Of a stretch of DNA of 64,000 nt, positions 8,609 through 16,573 are shown in pieces. Each line of letters begins with the position of its first letter. The first letter of the stretch is position 1. The notes beneath the pieces are model-generated. The model saw only the letters and a list, made by a program, of their open reading frames with translations, was not told the origin of the DNA and searched no databases. A program made the position numbers and the translations under genes. Source of the DNA: Dehalococcoidia bacterium (GTDB taxonomy: Bacteria; Chloroflexota; Dehalococcoidia; UBA2979); contig SHYR01000001.1 in assembly GCA_009692705.1 (NCBI GenBank), forward strand, positions 33,948 through 97,947, written 5' to 3'.

Positions 8609-10255
8609 CTAGGGGCGCGCGGCGAACAGCGACTCGAACGCGCCGGGAGGGCGGTCGCGCACCGGGTTGGTGCCGGGCGCCATGTCGTTCCAGCGCGCGA
8701 GCACCCGGTTGAGGTCGGCGGCGGTCGCCATCTCCTCGCCGGCGAGCGTCTCGCCGAGCACGGCGCCGCTGGGGTCGATCACGTATGCGCCGTCCTGCGC
8801 GGACGGCGTGCCCGCCGCGATCACGTAGGCGCGGTTCTCGTTCGCGCGCGTGCGGGCGAGGGTGCGCAGCGGCGCCGCAAGCGCGCCCGCGCTCCACGCG
8901 ATCACCTCCGCGCCGCGCCACTTGAGCGAGCGCGCGAGCTCGGGCACCAGGCCCTCGGAGCCCGCCAGCAGCCCCACGTTCCCCACCGTCGTCTCCACCA
9001 CTGGCGGGGGCTCGTCGCCCGGAGAGAACCCGGCGCGCAGTTCCGCCTCGCTGAGGTGGGTCTGGCGGTGCGCGACCAGCAGCTCGCCGCCCAGCAGCAG
9101 GTACGCGGTCTTGAAGGTGCGGCCGTTGCTGCGCTCGGCGAGTTGCACGGTGAGCAGCGTGCCGCGCTCCGCGGAGAGCTCCGCGAACAGCGGCAGCGCC
9201 TCCCACTTAGTGACCGCGCGCGCGTCCAGGCCGGCGAGGTCCGGCAACACCACCAGCGCGGTGCCCTGCGCGGCGAGCGCGCGCACGATCGTGCGCGCGC
9301 GCTGCATCAGCGCCACCGCCGAATGGGCGGGCGCGAGCGCGACCGCGCCGACGCGTGCGGCGGCGTCTTCCGCCACCAGCGGCTCGCGTGCGAGCGCAGC
9401 GGCGCGCGAGCGCTGTCCAGGCGTCGCCGCCCCGGCGTAGAGGTGTGGGCGGCGCTCGACCGGCGGCCCGCCGGCGGCGTCGAGGTCGATGGTGCAGGTG
9501 AGGAGGCCGTCGCGGTCGGCCGGCGCCTGCGCCACCCAGCGCCCGGCGGGGTCGATCACGCCGGAGCGCCCGGCGTAGACGATCGAGCCGGCCTCCACGC
9601 CCACCTTGTCGGCGGCGACGACCCATGCGCCGTTCTCGATCGCGCGCGCAGGCATGATGTAGTCGATCTGCGCCGAGCTCAGCAGGGCGCGCTCGCGCGC
9701 CCACGACACCCACGCGGTGCAGTCGACGATCAGGCGCGCGCCCGCGACGGCGAAGCTGCGCGTGATCTCCGGCAGTCGCCCGTCCGCGCATACCAGCAGG
9801 CCCGCGGCGGCACCGTCGATGTCGAACACGGGGTATTCCGTGCCCGCCGTGAACCAGTCGCGGTCGAAGTGCCAGAGGAAGCTCTTGGTGTAGCGCCCGG
9901 CGACGTGACCGTCGGGGCCGAACAGCACGCAGGCGTTGTGCAGCGCGGTGCCGGTTGCGTCGCGCGGGTCCGGGCGGCGGGAGACCAGCCCGGCGGCGAT
10001 GTAGCAGCCGAAGCGGGCTGCGCGCTCGCCGAGCTCGCCTTCGACCTCGGCGTCAGGGCGCACGCCGGCGCGCTCGTAGGCCGCGCGCGAGTGCAGGAAG
10101 TAGGCGGGATAGCTGGCCTCCGGCAGCACGATCAGTCGCGGCTCGGCGGCGCCGGCCTCGTCCACCCGTTGCAGCAGCTCGCCCCACGCCGTGGCATGCT
10201 CGCCCAGGTCGAAGGCACGCAACTGCAGCAGCGCGACCTTCAGCGGCCGGCTCAC
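8609..10255 (-). CDS. carbon-nitrogen hydrolase (nitrilase superfamily) protein with two tandem CN-hydrolase domains; second domain lacks the catalytic triad
   Basis: Start taken as the GTG at 10255 (VSRPLKVALLQL...) because the upstream part of the track ORF overlaps the FAH gene. Domain 1 has the E-K-C triad (VLPEAS / RYTKSFLW / LLVCADGRLPE). Domain 2 has D/Q/G at the equivalent positions (VVLPDLAG / HRQTHL / LLAGSEGLVPE). GTG overlaps the TGA of the upstream gene (GTGA). Confidence 0.75.
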   Translation of the reverse strand: MSRPLKVALLQLRAFDLGEHATAWGELLQRVDEAGAAEPRLIVLPEASYPAYFLHSRAAYERAGVRPDAEVEGELGERAARFGCYIAAGLVSRRPDPRDATGTALHNACVLFGPDGHVAGRYTKSFLWHFDRDWFTAGTEYPVFDIDGAAAGLLVCADGRLPEITRSFAVAGARLIVDCTAWVSWARERALLSSAQIDYIMPARAIENGAWVVAADKVGVEAGSIVYAGRSGVIDPAGRWVAQAPADRDGLLTCTIDLDAAGGPPVERRPHLYAGAATPGQRSRAAALAREPLVAEDAAARVGAVALAPAHSAVALMQRARTIVRALAAQGTALVVLPDLAGLDARAVTKWEALPLFAELSAERGTLLTVQLAERSNGRTFKTAYLLLGGELLVAHRQTHLSEAELRAGFSPGDEPPPVVETTVGNVGLLAGSEGLVPELARSLKWRGAEVIAWSAGALAAPLRTLARTRANENRAYVIAAGTPSAQDGAYVIDPSGAVLGETLAGEEMATAADLNRVLARWNDMAPGTNPVRDRPPGAFESLFAARP

Positions 10256-11007
10256 GGCGCCAGCGCCACCGGGTTGCGCAGCACGCCAACGCCCACGACC
10301 TCCACCTCGACCACGTCGCCGGGGTGCAGCGCGGCGGTGGTGCCGGGCGTGCCGGTGAAGACGAGGTCGCCACGCTCCAGTGTCATGACGCTGGTGATGC
10401 GCGCGATGCACTTGCGGATCGAGTGCACCATCTGGCTCGTGTCGGCGTGCTGGATCACCACGCCGTTGACGCGGCCCTCCACGCCGATGTGCTCGGGCGT
10501 GAGCGTCGTCTCGATCCAGGGGCCGACGGCGGTGAAGGTGTCGGACGACTTCGCGCGCCACCACTGCAGGTCGTCACGCTGCCATTCGCGCGCCGAGACG
10601 TCGTTGCCGCAGGTGTAGCCGAAGACATAGCGATCGACGTCCGCTTCGGCGATGCGGCTGGCGCGGCGGCCGATCACGGCCACCACCTCGGCCTCCTCGT
10701 CCACGCGCCCGGCGTCGCGCGGCAGCAGGATCGTTTGGCCGTGGCCGATCAGGGAGGACGGTGCCTTCAGGAACGGCTCCGGTTGTGCGGGCGGCGTGCG
10801 CTCGCCGGCGTGGCTGTAGTAGTTGATGCCGATCGCCACGATCTTTGTCGGTCGCACCGGCGGCAGGAACTGGAGCTTCGAGAGCGGCACCAGCTCGCCG
10901 ATGCGCTGGAGGCGGCCGAAGGGCCCGCCGCGCACCAGCTGGGCGCTGCGTCCGGAGATGATCGCGGTGGCGGTGCGGCCGTCGAAGCGGACGCGGGCGA
11001 TGCGCAT
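10252..11007 (-). CDS. fumarylacetoacetate hydrolase (FAH) family protein
   Basis: 251 aa starting at MRIARVRFDG (ATG at 11007), with FAH-family motifs (KIVAIGINYYSHAGE...EEAEVVAVIGRRASRIAEADVDRYVFGYTCGNDVSAREWQ...GDLVFTGTPGT). The N-terminal 340 aa of the track ORF are antisense artefact over cysS. Confidence 0.85.
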   Translation of the reverse strand: MRIARVRFDGRTATAIISGRSAQLVRGGPFGRLQRIGELVPLSKLQFLPPVRPTKIVAIGINYYSHAGERTPPAQPEPFLKAPSSLIGHGQTILLPRDAGRVDEEAEVVAVIGRRASRIAEADVDRYVFGYTCGNDVSAREWQRDDLQWWRAKSSDTFTAVGPWIETTLTPEHIGVEGRVNGVVIQHADTSQMVHSIRKCIARITSVMTLERGDLVFTGTPGTTAALHPGDVVEVEVVGVGVLRNPVALAP

Positions 11008-11154
11008 GTGGCCTCCCCCCGGGCGACGTCGCGGATCGTAGCACCGCGCGGCGATGGGGGCTCGCCGCGCGGGTGGAGGGCGCCGGCTGTGGCGGGCGAG
11101 GGGGCCGTTCCGCCATGCTACGATGCTGTCCGCCTCCGCCCTGGTCGGACGCGT

Positions 11155-12375
11155 GTGAGAGGAGCGCCGACGCTGCTCGAGGTCTACAACTCCCTCAGCG
11201 GGCGGAAGGAGGAGTTCTGGCCGCTCGAAGATCGCGTGGTGCGCATGTACGTGTGCGGGATCACGCCGTACGACGTCGGGCACCTGGGCCACGCGCGCGT
11301 CTTCGTGTTCTTCGACACCGTGCGGCGCTATTTCGAGTTCAACGCCTACCGCGTGCGGCACGTCCAGAACATCACGGACGTGGACGACGACATGGTGCGA
11401 GTCTCGCAACGGCTGGGCCTGACCATCGCCGAGCTGACCGAGCGCAACCAGCAGCTTTACCTGCAGGAGATGGACGCGCTGAACGTGCAGCGCCCCGACC
11501 TCTTCCCGAAGGCGAGCGAGCACATCGACGGCATGATCGCGCTCGTGCAGGCGCTGCTGCGCAGCGGGCACGCCTACGGCGTCGACGGCTACGTGTTCTT
11601 CGACACCGCCACCACCCCGCGCTTCGGCGCGCTCGCCGGGCACGACCGCGAGGGGCTGCGCCACGTGCGCAACGACTCGATGCCGCAGGAGCCGGAGGAG
11701 CTGAAGCGCGACGCGCTCGACTTCTTGCTCTGGCAGCCCTCCGAGCAGGCGGGCGCGGCTTTCGACTCGCCGTGGGGGCGCGGGCGTCCCGGCTGGCACA
11801 TCGAGTGCTCCGCGATGGTGCATGCGGCGCTGGGCGACCGCATCGATATCCACGGCGGGGGCAGCGACCTGCGCTATCCACACCATGACTCGGAGATCGT
11901 GCAGTCGGAGTGCGCCACCGGCGCCGCGCCGTACGTTTCGCTCTGGATGCACATCGGCACGGAGTTGCTCGAGGGCGTGAAGATGTCGAAGTCTCTCGGC
12001 AACCTGGTGAAGGTGAGCGAGCTGCTGGTGCGGGGGCACACACCGGACGGCATCCGGCTGTACCTGCTGGGCACGCCGTACCGCGAGCAGCAGGACTTCT
12101 CCCCCGCCGCGCTGTCGCAGTGGGAGCAGCGCGCTGCCACGCTGGCACGCGCGGCGGCGGCAGCAGGCGGGCCGCCGGACCGGCTGCGCGTGCAGCCGCT
12201 GCGCAACGAGTTCACGGCGGCGATGGACGATGGCTTCGACACGCCGCGCGCGATCGCTGCGCTGCTGCGGATCGCGGACGGCGTGGAGCGGCAGCGGCTG
12301 GCGGGCGAGACGGCGGTGCCCGCGCTGCTGGAGCTGGCGGGCGTGCTGGGACTGCGGCTGGGCCGGGAGGGCTAG
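11155..12375 (+). CDS. cysS: cysteine--tRNA ligase (class I, short form without the C-terminal extension)
   Basis: HIGH-type block MYVCGITPYDVGHLGHARVFVFFDTVRRYF; WGRGRPGWHIECSAM; DIHGGGSDLRYPHHDSEIVQSE; KMSKSLGNLV. The N-terminus LLEVYNSLSGRKEEFWP aligns with the CysRS start MLKIFNTLTRQKEEF rather than with MshC. Start is either the GTG at 11155 or a CTG at 11173 that sits 8 nt after an AGGAG. The upstream 400 codons of the track ORF are artefact. Confidence 0.8.
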   Translation: MRGAPTLLEVYNSLSGRKEEFWPLEDRVVRMYVCGITPYDVGHLGHARVFVFFDTVRRYFEFNAYRVRHVQNITDVDDDMVRVSQRLGLTIAELTERNQQLYLQEMDALNVQRPDLFPKASEHIDGMIALVQALLRSGHAYGVDGYVFFDTATTPRFGALAGHDREGLRHVRNDSMPQEPEELKRDALDFLLWQPSEQAGAAFDSPWGRGRPGWHIECSAMVHAALGDRIDIHGGGSDLRYPHHDSEIVQSECATGAAPYVSLWMHIGTELLEGVKMSKSLGNLVKVSELLVRGHTPDGIRLYLLGTPYREQQDFSPAALSQWEQRAATLARAAAAAGGPPDRLRVQPLRNEFTAAMDDGFDTPRAIAALLRIADGVERQRLAGETAVPALLELAGVLGLRLGREG

Positions 12376-12408
12376 CGCGTGACGGCGCTTGCCGGGAAGT
12401 AGCTGGCA

Positions 12409-13710
12409 TTGTTATCGATCGGCGGCGGGCTGCTCGCCGTCCTGGCGCTGGTGCTTGTGAACGGCTTCTTCGTCGCTGCCGAGTACGCGATCGTGACCGT
12501 GCGCCGCACGCGCGTGGCGCAGCTCGTGGCCGAAGGCGCGCTCGCGGGGCGCACGCTCGAGCACGCGGTGGGGCGCCTCGACTCCTACATCGCGACCTGC
12601 CAGCTCGGCGTGACGATCGCCAGCCTGGCGCTGGGGTGGATCGGCGAGCCGGCGCTGGCCGGGCTGCTGGATCCGGTGTTCGGGCGCGCCTCGCACCCGG
12701 CGGCGGTGGCGCTGGCGTTCATCGCGATCACCACGGTGACCGTGGTCGCCGGCGAACTCGCGCCGAAGAATATCGCGCTGCGGTACGCCGAGCGCGTGGC
12801 GCTGATCGTGGTGTTGCCGCTGCGTGTATTCCGCGCGCTGTTTCGCCCAGTGATCTGGCTGCTCACGGAGGCAGGGTGGGCGGTCGCCGGCGTCTTCGGC
12901 GTGCGGCGCGACGCCTTGGAGGCGTCGTCCGCGAGCGCGGCGGAGCTGCGGCTGATCGTAGAGCACAGCGCCGCCGCCGGACAACTGGGCGACGACGAGC
13001 GCCTGCTACTCGGCCGCGTGCTGCGCTTCGGTGAGCTGCGCGTGGGCGATGTGATGGTGCCGCGCACGGAGGTACTGGCGATCGCGCTCGACACCGCGGT
13101 GGTGGAGGCCGTGCGCTTCGTCGCCGAGCATCATCACTCTCGCTACCCGGTATACCGCGAGAGCGTGGACGATGTGATCGGGGTGCTGCACGCGCGCGAC
13201 CTGTTGCGGCCGGCGTTGCCTGGCACGCTCGAAGCGCTGCTGCGACAGCCGCTGATGGTGCCGGCGCAGGCGAGCGTCGCCGAGCTGCTGGAGCAGATGC
13301 GCGAACACCGCACGCACTTCGCGATCGCCGTCGACGAATACGGCGGTACGGACGGCATCGTGACGCTGGAGGACGTGCTCGAGCAGATCGTCGGCGAGTT
13401 GCGCGACGAGTTCGAGCCTGTGCTGCCCGCCGCCGAGACACGGCCGGGGGTGCTGCGCATCGACGGCCTCGACGCGGTGGAAGTGCTCGCCGAGCGGTTG
13501 AGCGTGACGGTGGAGCCCGGCCCGTACAACACGGTCGCCGGCTACGTGCTGGAGCGCATCGGCCGCATCCCGCACGTGGGCGACGCCGTGGAGCTGGACG
13601 GCTACTCGCTCACGGTAGTGGAGATGGACGATCTGCGCGTCGCGGCGGTGGAGGCGAGCCCGGCGCCACGACGCCGGATCGCGCCGGGCGCTAGGGCCGG
13701 ATCGCGCTGA
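12409..13710 (+). CDS. CNNM/CorC-family transporter (DUF21 membrane domain + CBS pair + CorC_HlyC)
   Basis: 433 aa beginning at TTG. It has an N-terminal 4-TM DUF21 domain (GELAPKNIALRYAERVALI), CBS pair (VGDVMVPRTEV...IGVLHARDLL) and C-terminal transporter-associated domain (GYSLTVVEMDDLRV). Confidence 0.85.
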   Translation: MLSIGGGLLAVLALVLVNGFFVAAEYAIVTVRRTRVAQLVAEGALAGRTLEHAVGRLDSYIATCQLGVTIASLALGWIGEPALAGLLDPVFGRASHPAAVALAFIAITTVTVVAGELAPKNIALRYAERVALIVVLPLRVFRALFRPVIWLLTEAGWAVAGVFGVRRDALEASSASAAELRLIVEHSAAAGQLGDDERLLLGRVLRFGELRVGDVMVPRTEVLAIALDTAVVEAVRFVAEHHHSRYPVYRESVDDVIGVLHARDLLRPALPGTLEALLRQPLMVPAQASVAELLEQMREHRTHFAIAVDEYGGTDGIVTLEDVLEQIVGELRDEFEPVLPAAETRPGVLRIDGLDAVEVLAERLSVTVEPGPYNTVAGYVLERIGRIPHVGDAVELDGYSLTVVEMDDLRVAAVEASPAPRRRIAPGARAGSR

Positions 13711-13713
13711 GCA

Positions 13714-14295
13714 CTAGGGCCGGTCGCGCGGCTCCCGGCCGGCCTGCGGCTCCGTGCCGGCTGCCGGGGCGTCTGCCGGGCCGCCGTCGCCGGCCCCGCC
13801 GGGCGGTGTCTCACGGTGGCCCTCCGCGGGTGCGGGACGCGAGCGCAGCTCCGACCGCAGCGCCTCGACGGCCGGCCGCAGCAGCGGTGGCGTGACCGCG
13901 CGGGCGGTGCTCTCGGCCGCGCGGGCGGCGGCGCGCCGCAGCTCCGGCGCGTGCTCGCGCGCGTACTCGCGCGTGCGGTCCGCGGCGGCGCGCGCCGCGC
14001 GCTCCACCTGCGGGCGCGCCGCCGCGGCGGCCTCCCGCGCCTGTCCCGCAAGCCGCTCGAGCCCGGGCTTCGCCGCCTCGACGGCCTGTTCGAGGCGCTC
14101 GCCGGCGGCCCGCGCGGCGCGTTCCGCCTGCGGGCGCCGCTGCTCGACCGCCGCGCGCGCCCGCCGCGCGGCGGGCGCAGCGCGTGCTGCGAGCCAGCGG
14201 AGCGCGCGTCCCGCCTGCCCGGCGCGCTGCTGGAACTGCTCGCCGCCCTCAGCGTTGTCGCTGGGCGGTGCTTCGCCGGGCCCCGGTGCGGTCAT
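13714..14295 (-). CDS. hypothetical Ala/Arg/Glu-rich protein with 11-residue amphipathic repeats (apolipoprotein/phasin-like)
   Basis: Start set at ATG 14295 (MTAPGPGEAPPSDN...) with RBS GAGGGAGAG 6 nt upstream. The longer track ORF would overlap the NUDIX gene. The sequence has 11-mer periodicity, e.g. QRRPQAERAAR / AAGERLEQAVE / AAKPGLERLAG / QAREAAAAARP / QVERAARAAAD / RTREYAREHAP / ELRRAAARAAE. Confidence 0.45.
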   Translation of the reverse strand: MTAPGPGEAPPSDNAEGGEQFQQRAGQAGRALRWLAARAAPAARRARAAVEQRRPQAERAARAAGERLEQAVEAAKPGLERLAGQAREAAAAARPQVERAARAAADRTREYAREHAPELRRAAARAAESTARAVTPPLLRPAVEALRSELRSRPAPAEGHRETPPGGAGDGGPADAPAAGTEPQAGREPRDRP

Positions 14296-14399
14296 GTCGC
14301 TCTCCCTCGCTCGGCCCCTGTCGCGTGTCGCAGGAACCAGAGGCCTACAGTTTACAGCGTCAGCAGCGCGTGACCGGCGTGCGCCCCGCCCGCACGCGT

Positions 14400-14906
14400 C
14401 TAGGGCGCGGCTGGCGTGTGGTCGCCGCTGCGCCATCGCTCGAGGATCGCAGCGTCGTGGGGAAAGCCGAGCTCCGGCACGTCGCCGGGGCTGAAGAGCC
14501 CGACCTCCAGCGCCTCCGCGCCCGCGTGCGGCTCGCCGCCGGTGGTGGACCCCGCGTAGGCGACGAAGATCACCGCGTCGTCGGCGGTGCTGTAGACGCC
14601 GAGCAGGCGCTCGATGCGCACCTGCACGCCGGTCTCCTCGAGCACCTCGCGCGCGGCGGCTTCGGTGATCACCTCGCCGGCATCGACGAAGCCGGAGGGG
14701 AAGGACCATGCGCCGTAGCGTGGCTCATGGTTGCGGCGCACCAGTAGCAGCTGGCCGCGGTGCTCGACGACCACGCCGGTCGCCACTTTCGGGTCGGCGT
14801 ACTGCACGTAGTGGCAGGCCGGGCAGCGGGGGCGCCCGTGTGGCCCCCCGGCGGGGTCGAGCGCGGTGGCGCAGAGCGGGCAGTAGCGGAAGCGCGGCAG
14901 GTCCAT
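14400..14906 (-). CDS. NUDIX hydrolase with N-terminal CxxC...CxxC zinc ribbon
   Basis: RYCPLCATAL...RPRCPACHY zinc ribbon followed by a Nudix box (GAWSFPSGFVDAGEVITEAAAREVLEETGV). Confidence 0.8.
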   Translation of the reverse strand: MDLPRFRYCPLCATALDPAGGPHGRPRCPACHYVQYADPKVATGVVVEHRGQLLLVRRNHEPRYGAWSFPSGFVDAGEVITEAAAREVLEETGVQVRIERLLGVYSTADDAVIFVAYAGSTTGGEPHAGAEALEVGLFSPGDVPELGFPHDAAILERWRSGDHTPAAP

Positions 14907-14918
14907 CGCGGTGGGGCG

Positions 14919-15671
14919 TCAGCGGAAGAGCGTGACGCGGCGGTAGCGCTCGAGGTAGCGCCCCTGCTCGTCCTTCCAGCGCATGCGCAGCTGGTCGATG
15001 AAGCCTTCGCCGCCGGCGAACTGGCTGGTGTGGGCGAGCAGCGCGGCGATCTTCAACTCGAGTACGGCGGCGATGTCGACCTCGAAGGTCGGCTGGTTGG
15101 TGCCCCAGAGGTAGAGCTCGCGCACCTTGTGCGGGGTGAGCCCCTCCGTCTCGTGCTCTGGGAAGTTGAGGCGGTCGCGCGCGGTGGGGTAGACGGCATC
15201 GACGGTGGCGAGGCCGGTGCAGCGGTGGTCGCTGTGGTTGACGAAGGAGTTGTTGATGATCACCGGCTCCGGGTCGTGCGTGTACACGGCGTGCGGGCGG
15301 AAGGCGCGGATCGCGCGGGTGATGCCGCCGAGCAGTGCGCGCGAGTAGACCAGCTCGCCGTCGGTGAAGCCCAGGAAGTCCACGTCCCGCACGCCGAGCA
15401 CCGCCGCGGCGTCGCGCTGCTCACGCTGACGGGCCTGCGTGAGCGTGGCGGGCGTGAACGCGGGGTCGGCGGAGCCCTTCGAGCCGTCCGTGACCACGAG
15501 GTAGCGCACCTCCCAGCCGGCCTGTGCCAGCAGGGCGGAGACGCCGGCGGCGCCGAAGTCCGCGTCGTCGGGGTGGGCGGCGACGACCAGGGCGCGCGGC
15601 AGCTCGCCCTGCGACCGATCCGGCTCCGCGGGGCGCTGCTCGCCGAAGAGATCCTCGAGCCCGGCCGCCAT
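14919..15671 (-). CDS. PIG-L family deacetylase (LmbE/MshB/BshB-like)
   Basis: Start set at ATG 15671 (MAAGLEDLFG...), which has a GGGAGG RBS 5 nt upstream. It carries the HPDDxxxG motif (VVAAHPDDADFGAAG) and the LmbE fold. Confidence 0.8.
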   Translation of the reverse strand: MAAGLEDLFGEQRPAEPDRSQGELPRALVVAAHPDDADFGAAGVSALLAQAGWEVRYLVVTDGSKGSADPAFTPATLTQARQREQRDAAAVLGVRDVDFLGFTDGELVYSRALLGGITRAIRAFRPHAVYTHDPEPVIINNSFVNHSDHRCTGLATVDAVYPTARDRLNFPEHETEGLTPHKVRELYLWGTNQPTFEVDIAAVLELKIAALLAHTSQFAGGEGFIDQLRMRWKDEQGRYLERYRRVTLFR

Positions 15672-15783
15672 CGACGCCTCCCGTTTCCCGCAGCCCCGCC
15701 GGGCCGCTCGCCCGGCGCGCCCGGCGCGCTCAATCGTAGCGCACGCGCACGGGATCGCCGGGCGGCGCGGCGTAGGGGGCCGC

Positions 15784-15812
15784 TTGACGCCGTTATGACC
15801 GGTCACTAGAGT
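15784..15812 (+). promoter_or_regulatory. sigma-70-like promoter (TTGACG-N17-TAGAGT) for lexA
   Basis: The -35 TTGACG is at 15784..15789, followed by a 17-nt spacer and -10 TAGAGT at 15807..15812. It lies about 90 bp upstream of the lexA ATG. Confidence 0.5.
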
Positions 15813-15819
15813 AGGCAGC

Positions 15820-15833
15820 AGAACATATGTGCC
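15820..15833 (+). promoter_or_regulatory. LexA (SOS/Cheo-type) operator AGAACATATGTGCC overlapping the lexA transcription start region
   Basis: Matches the Gram-positive SOS box CGAACATATGTTCG at 11/14 positions, with the GAAC-N4-GT(G/T)C core intact. It lies immediately downstream of the -10 element. Autoregulated lexA is the standard arrangement. Confidence 0.55.
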
Positions 15834-15904
15834 GACCAGGGCCGTTGGCAGCAGCAGCCCGGTCGCGGGCCACGCGGCGGCGGGGCCGGACGGAGCGAGC
15901 GAGC

Positions 15905-16543
15905 ATGAGCGAACGGGTGTCGGAGAAGCAGCAGCAGATCCTGCAGTTCCTGCGGGAGTTCATCGGGGAGAAGGACTACCCGCCCTCGATCCGCGACATC
16001 CAGGAGGGCTGCCGCATCTCCTCCACCTCCGTGGTGGACTACAACCTGAAGCGACTGGAGGAGAAGGGCTTCATCCGGCGCGACCGCGAGGTCTCGCGCG
16101 CGATCGAGCTGCTCGAGGGCGGGGAGCGCCGCGCGCGCACGGTGCGGGTGCCGGTGCTGGGCAAGATCGCGGCCGGGCGTCCGATCCCGATGCCGCCTGA
16201 GCACCTGACGCCGGAGAGCTACGACGAGTTTGTGGAGGTCACCGACCGCCAGACCGGCGGGCGCGACAACGTGTTCGCGCTGCGGGTGGAGGGCAACTCC
16301 ATGGTGGATGCGCTGATCAACGACGGCGACATCGTACTGTTGCAGCCGACGCAATCCTGCGACGACGGCGACATGGTGGCGGTGTGGCTGAAGCGCGAGA
16401 ACGAGACCACGCTCAAGCGGCTGTACCACGAGGGCGGCCGCGTGCGGTTGCAGCCGATGAACGCCGCGATGCAGCCGTTCTACACCGACCTGGACAACGT
16501 GGAGGTGCAGGGCCGCGTGCTGGCCGCGATCCGCAACTGGTAG
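15905..16543 (+). CDS. lexA: LexA repressor
   Basis: 212 aa from MSERVSEKQQQILQFL. It has an N-terminal winged HTH and the S24 peptidase domain, with the cleavage-site region VPVLGKIAAGRPI and Ser/Lys dyad context (VEGNSMVD...KRL). Confidence 0.9.
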   Translation: MSERVSEKQQQILQFLREFIGEKDYPPSIRDIQEGCRISSTSVVDYNLKRLEEKGFIRRDREVSRAIELLEGGERRARTVRVPVLGKIAAGRPIPMPPEHLTPESYDEFVEVTDRQTGGRDNVFALRVEGNSMVDALINDGDIVLLQPTQSCDDGDMVAVWLKRENETTLKRLYHEGGRVRLQPMNAAMQPFYTDLDNVEVQGRVLAAIRNW

Positions 16544-16573
16544 TGTCGGCTTGGCAGCGCGGGCGGACGCTCG

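Noticed and set aside
6907-9206. Long minus-strand ORFs (6907..8052, 7605..9206) opposite the flagellin remnant
   Set aside because: These are antisense translations of the flagellin-like region and GC-rich spacer. They show no homology signal and have overlapping frames.
9955-11154. Upstream 400 codons of the 806-aa plus-strand ORF ending in cysS
   Set aside because: Antisense to the nitrilase and FAH genes, with no protein-like composition. This is a GC-driven open frame, and only the CysRS part from about 11155 is real.
11155-12375. MshC (mycothiol ligase) assignment for the short CysRS-like gene
   Set aside because: The N-terminal block (YNSLSGRKEEFWP), GHARVFVFFD and KMSKSLGN match CysRS better than MshC. 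Only the short length favours MshC.
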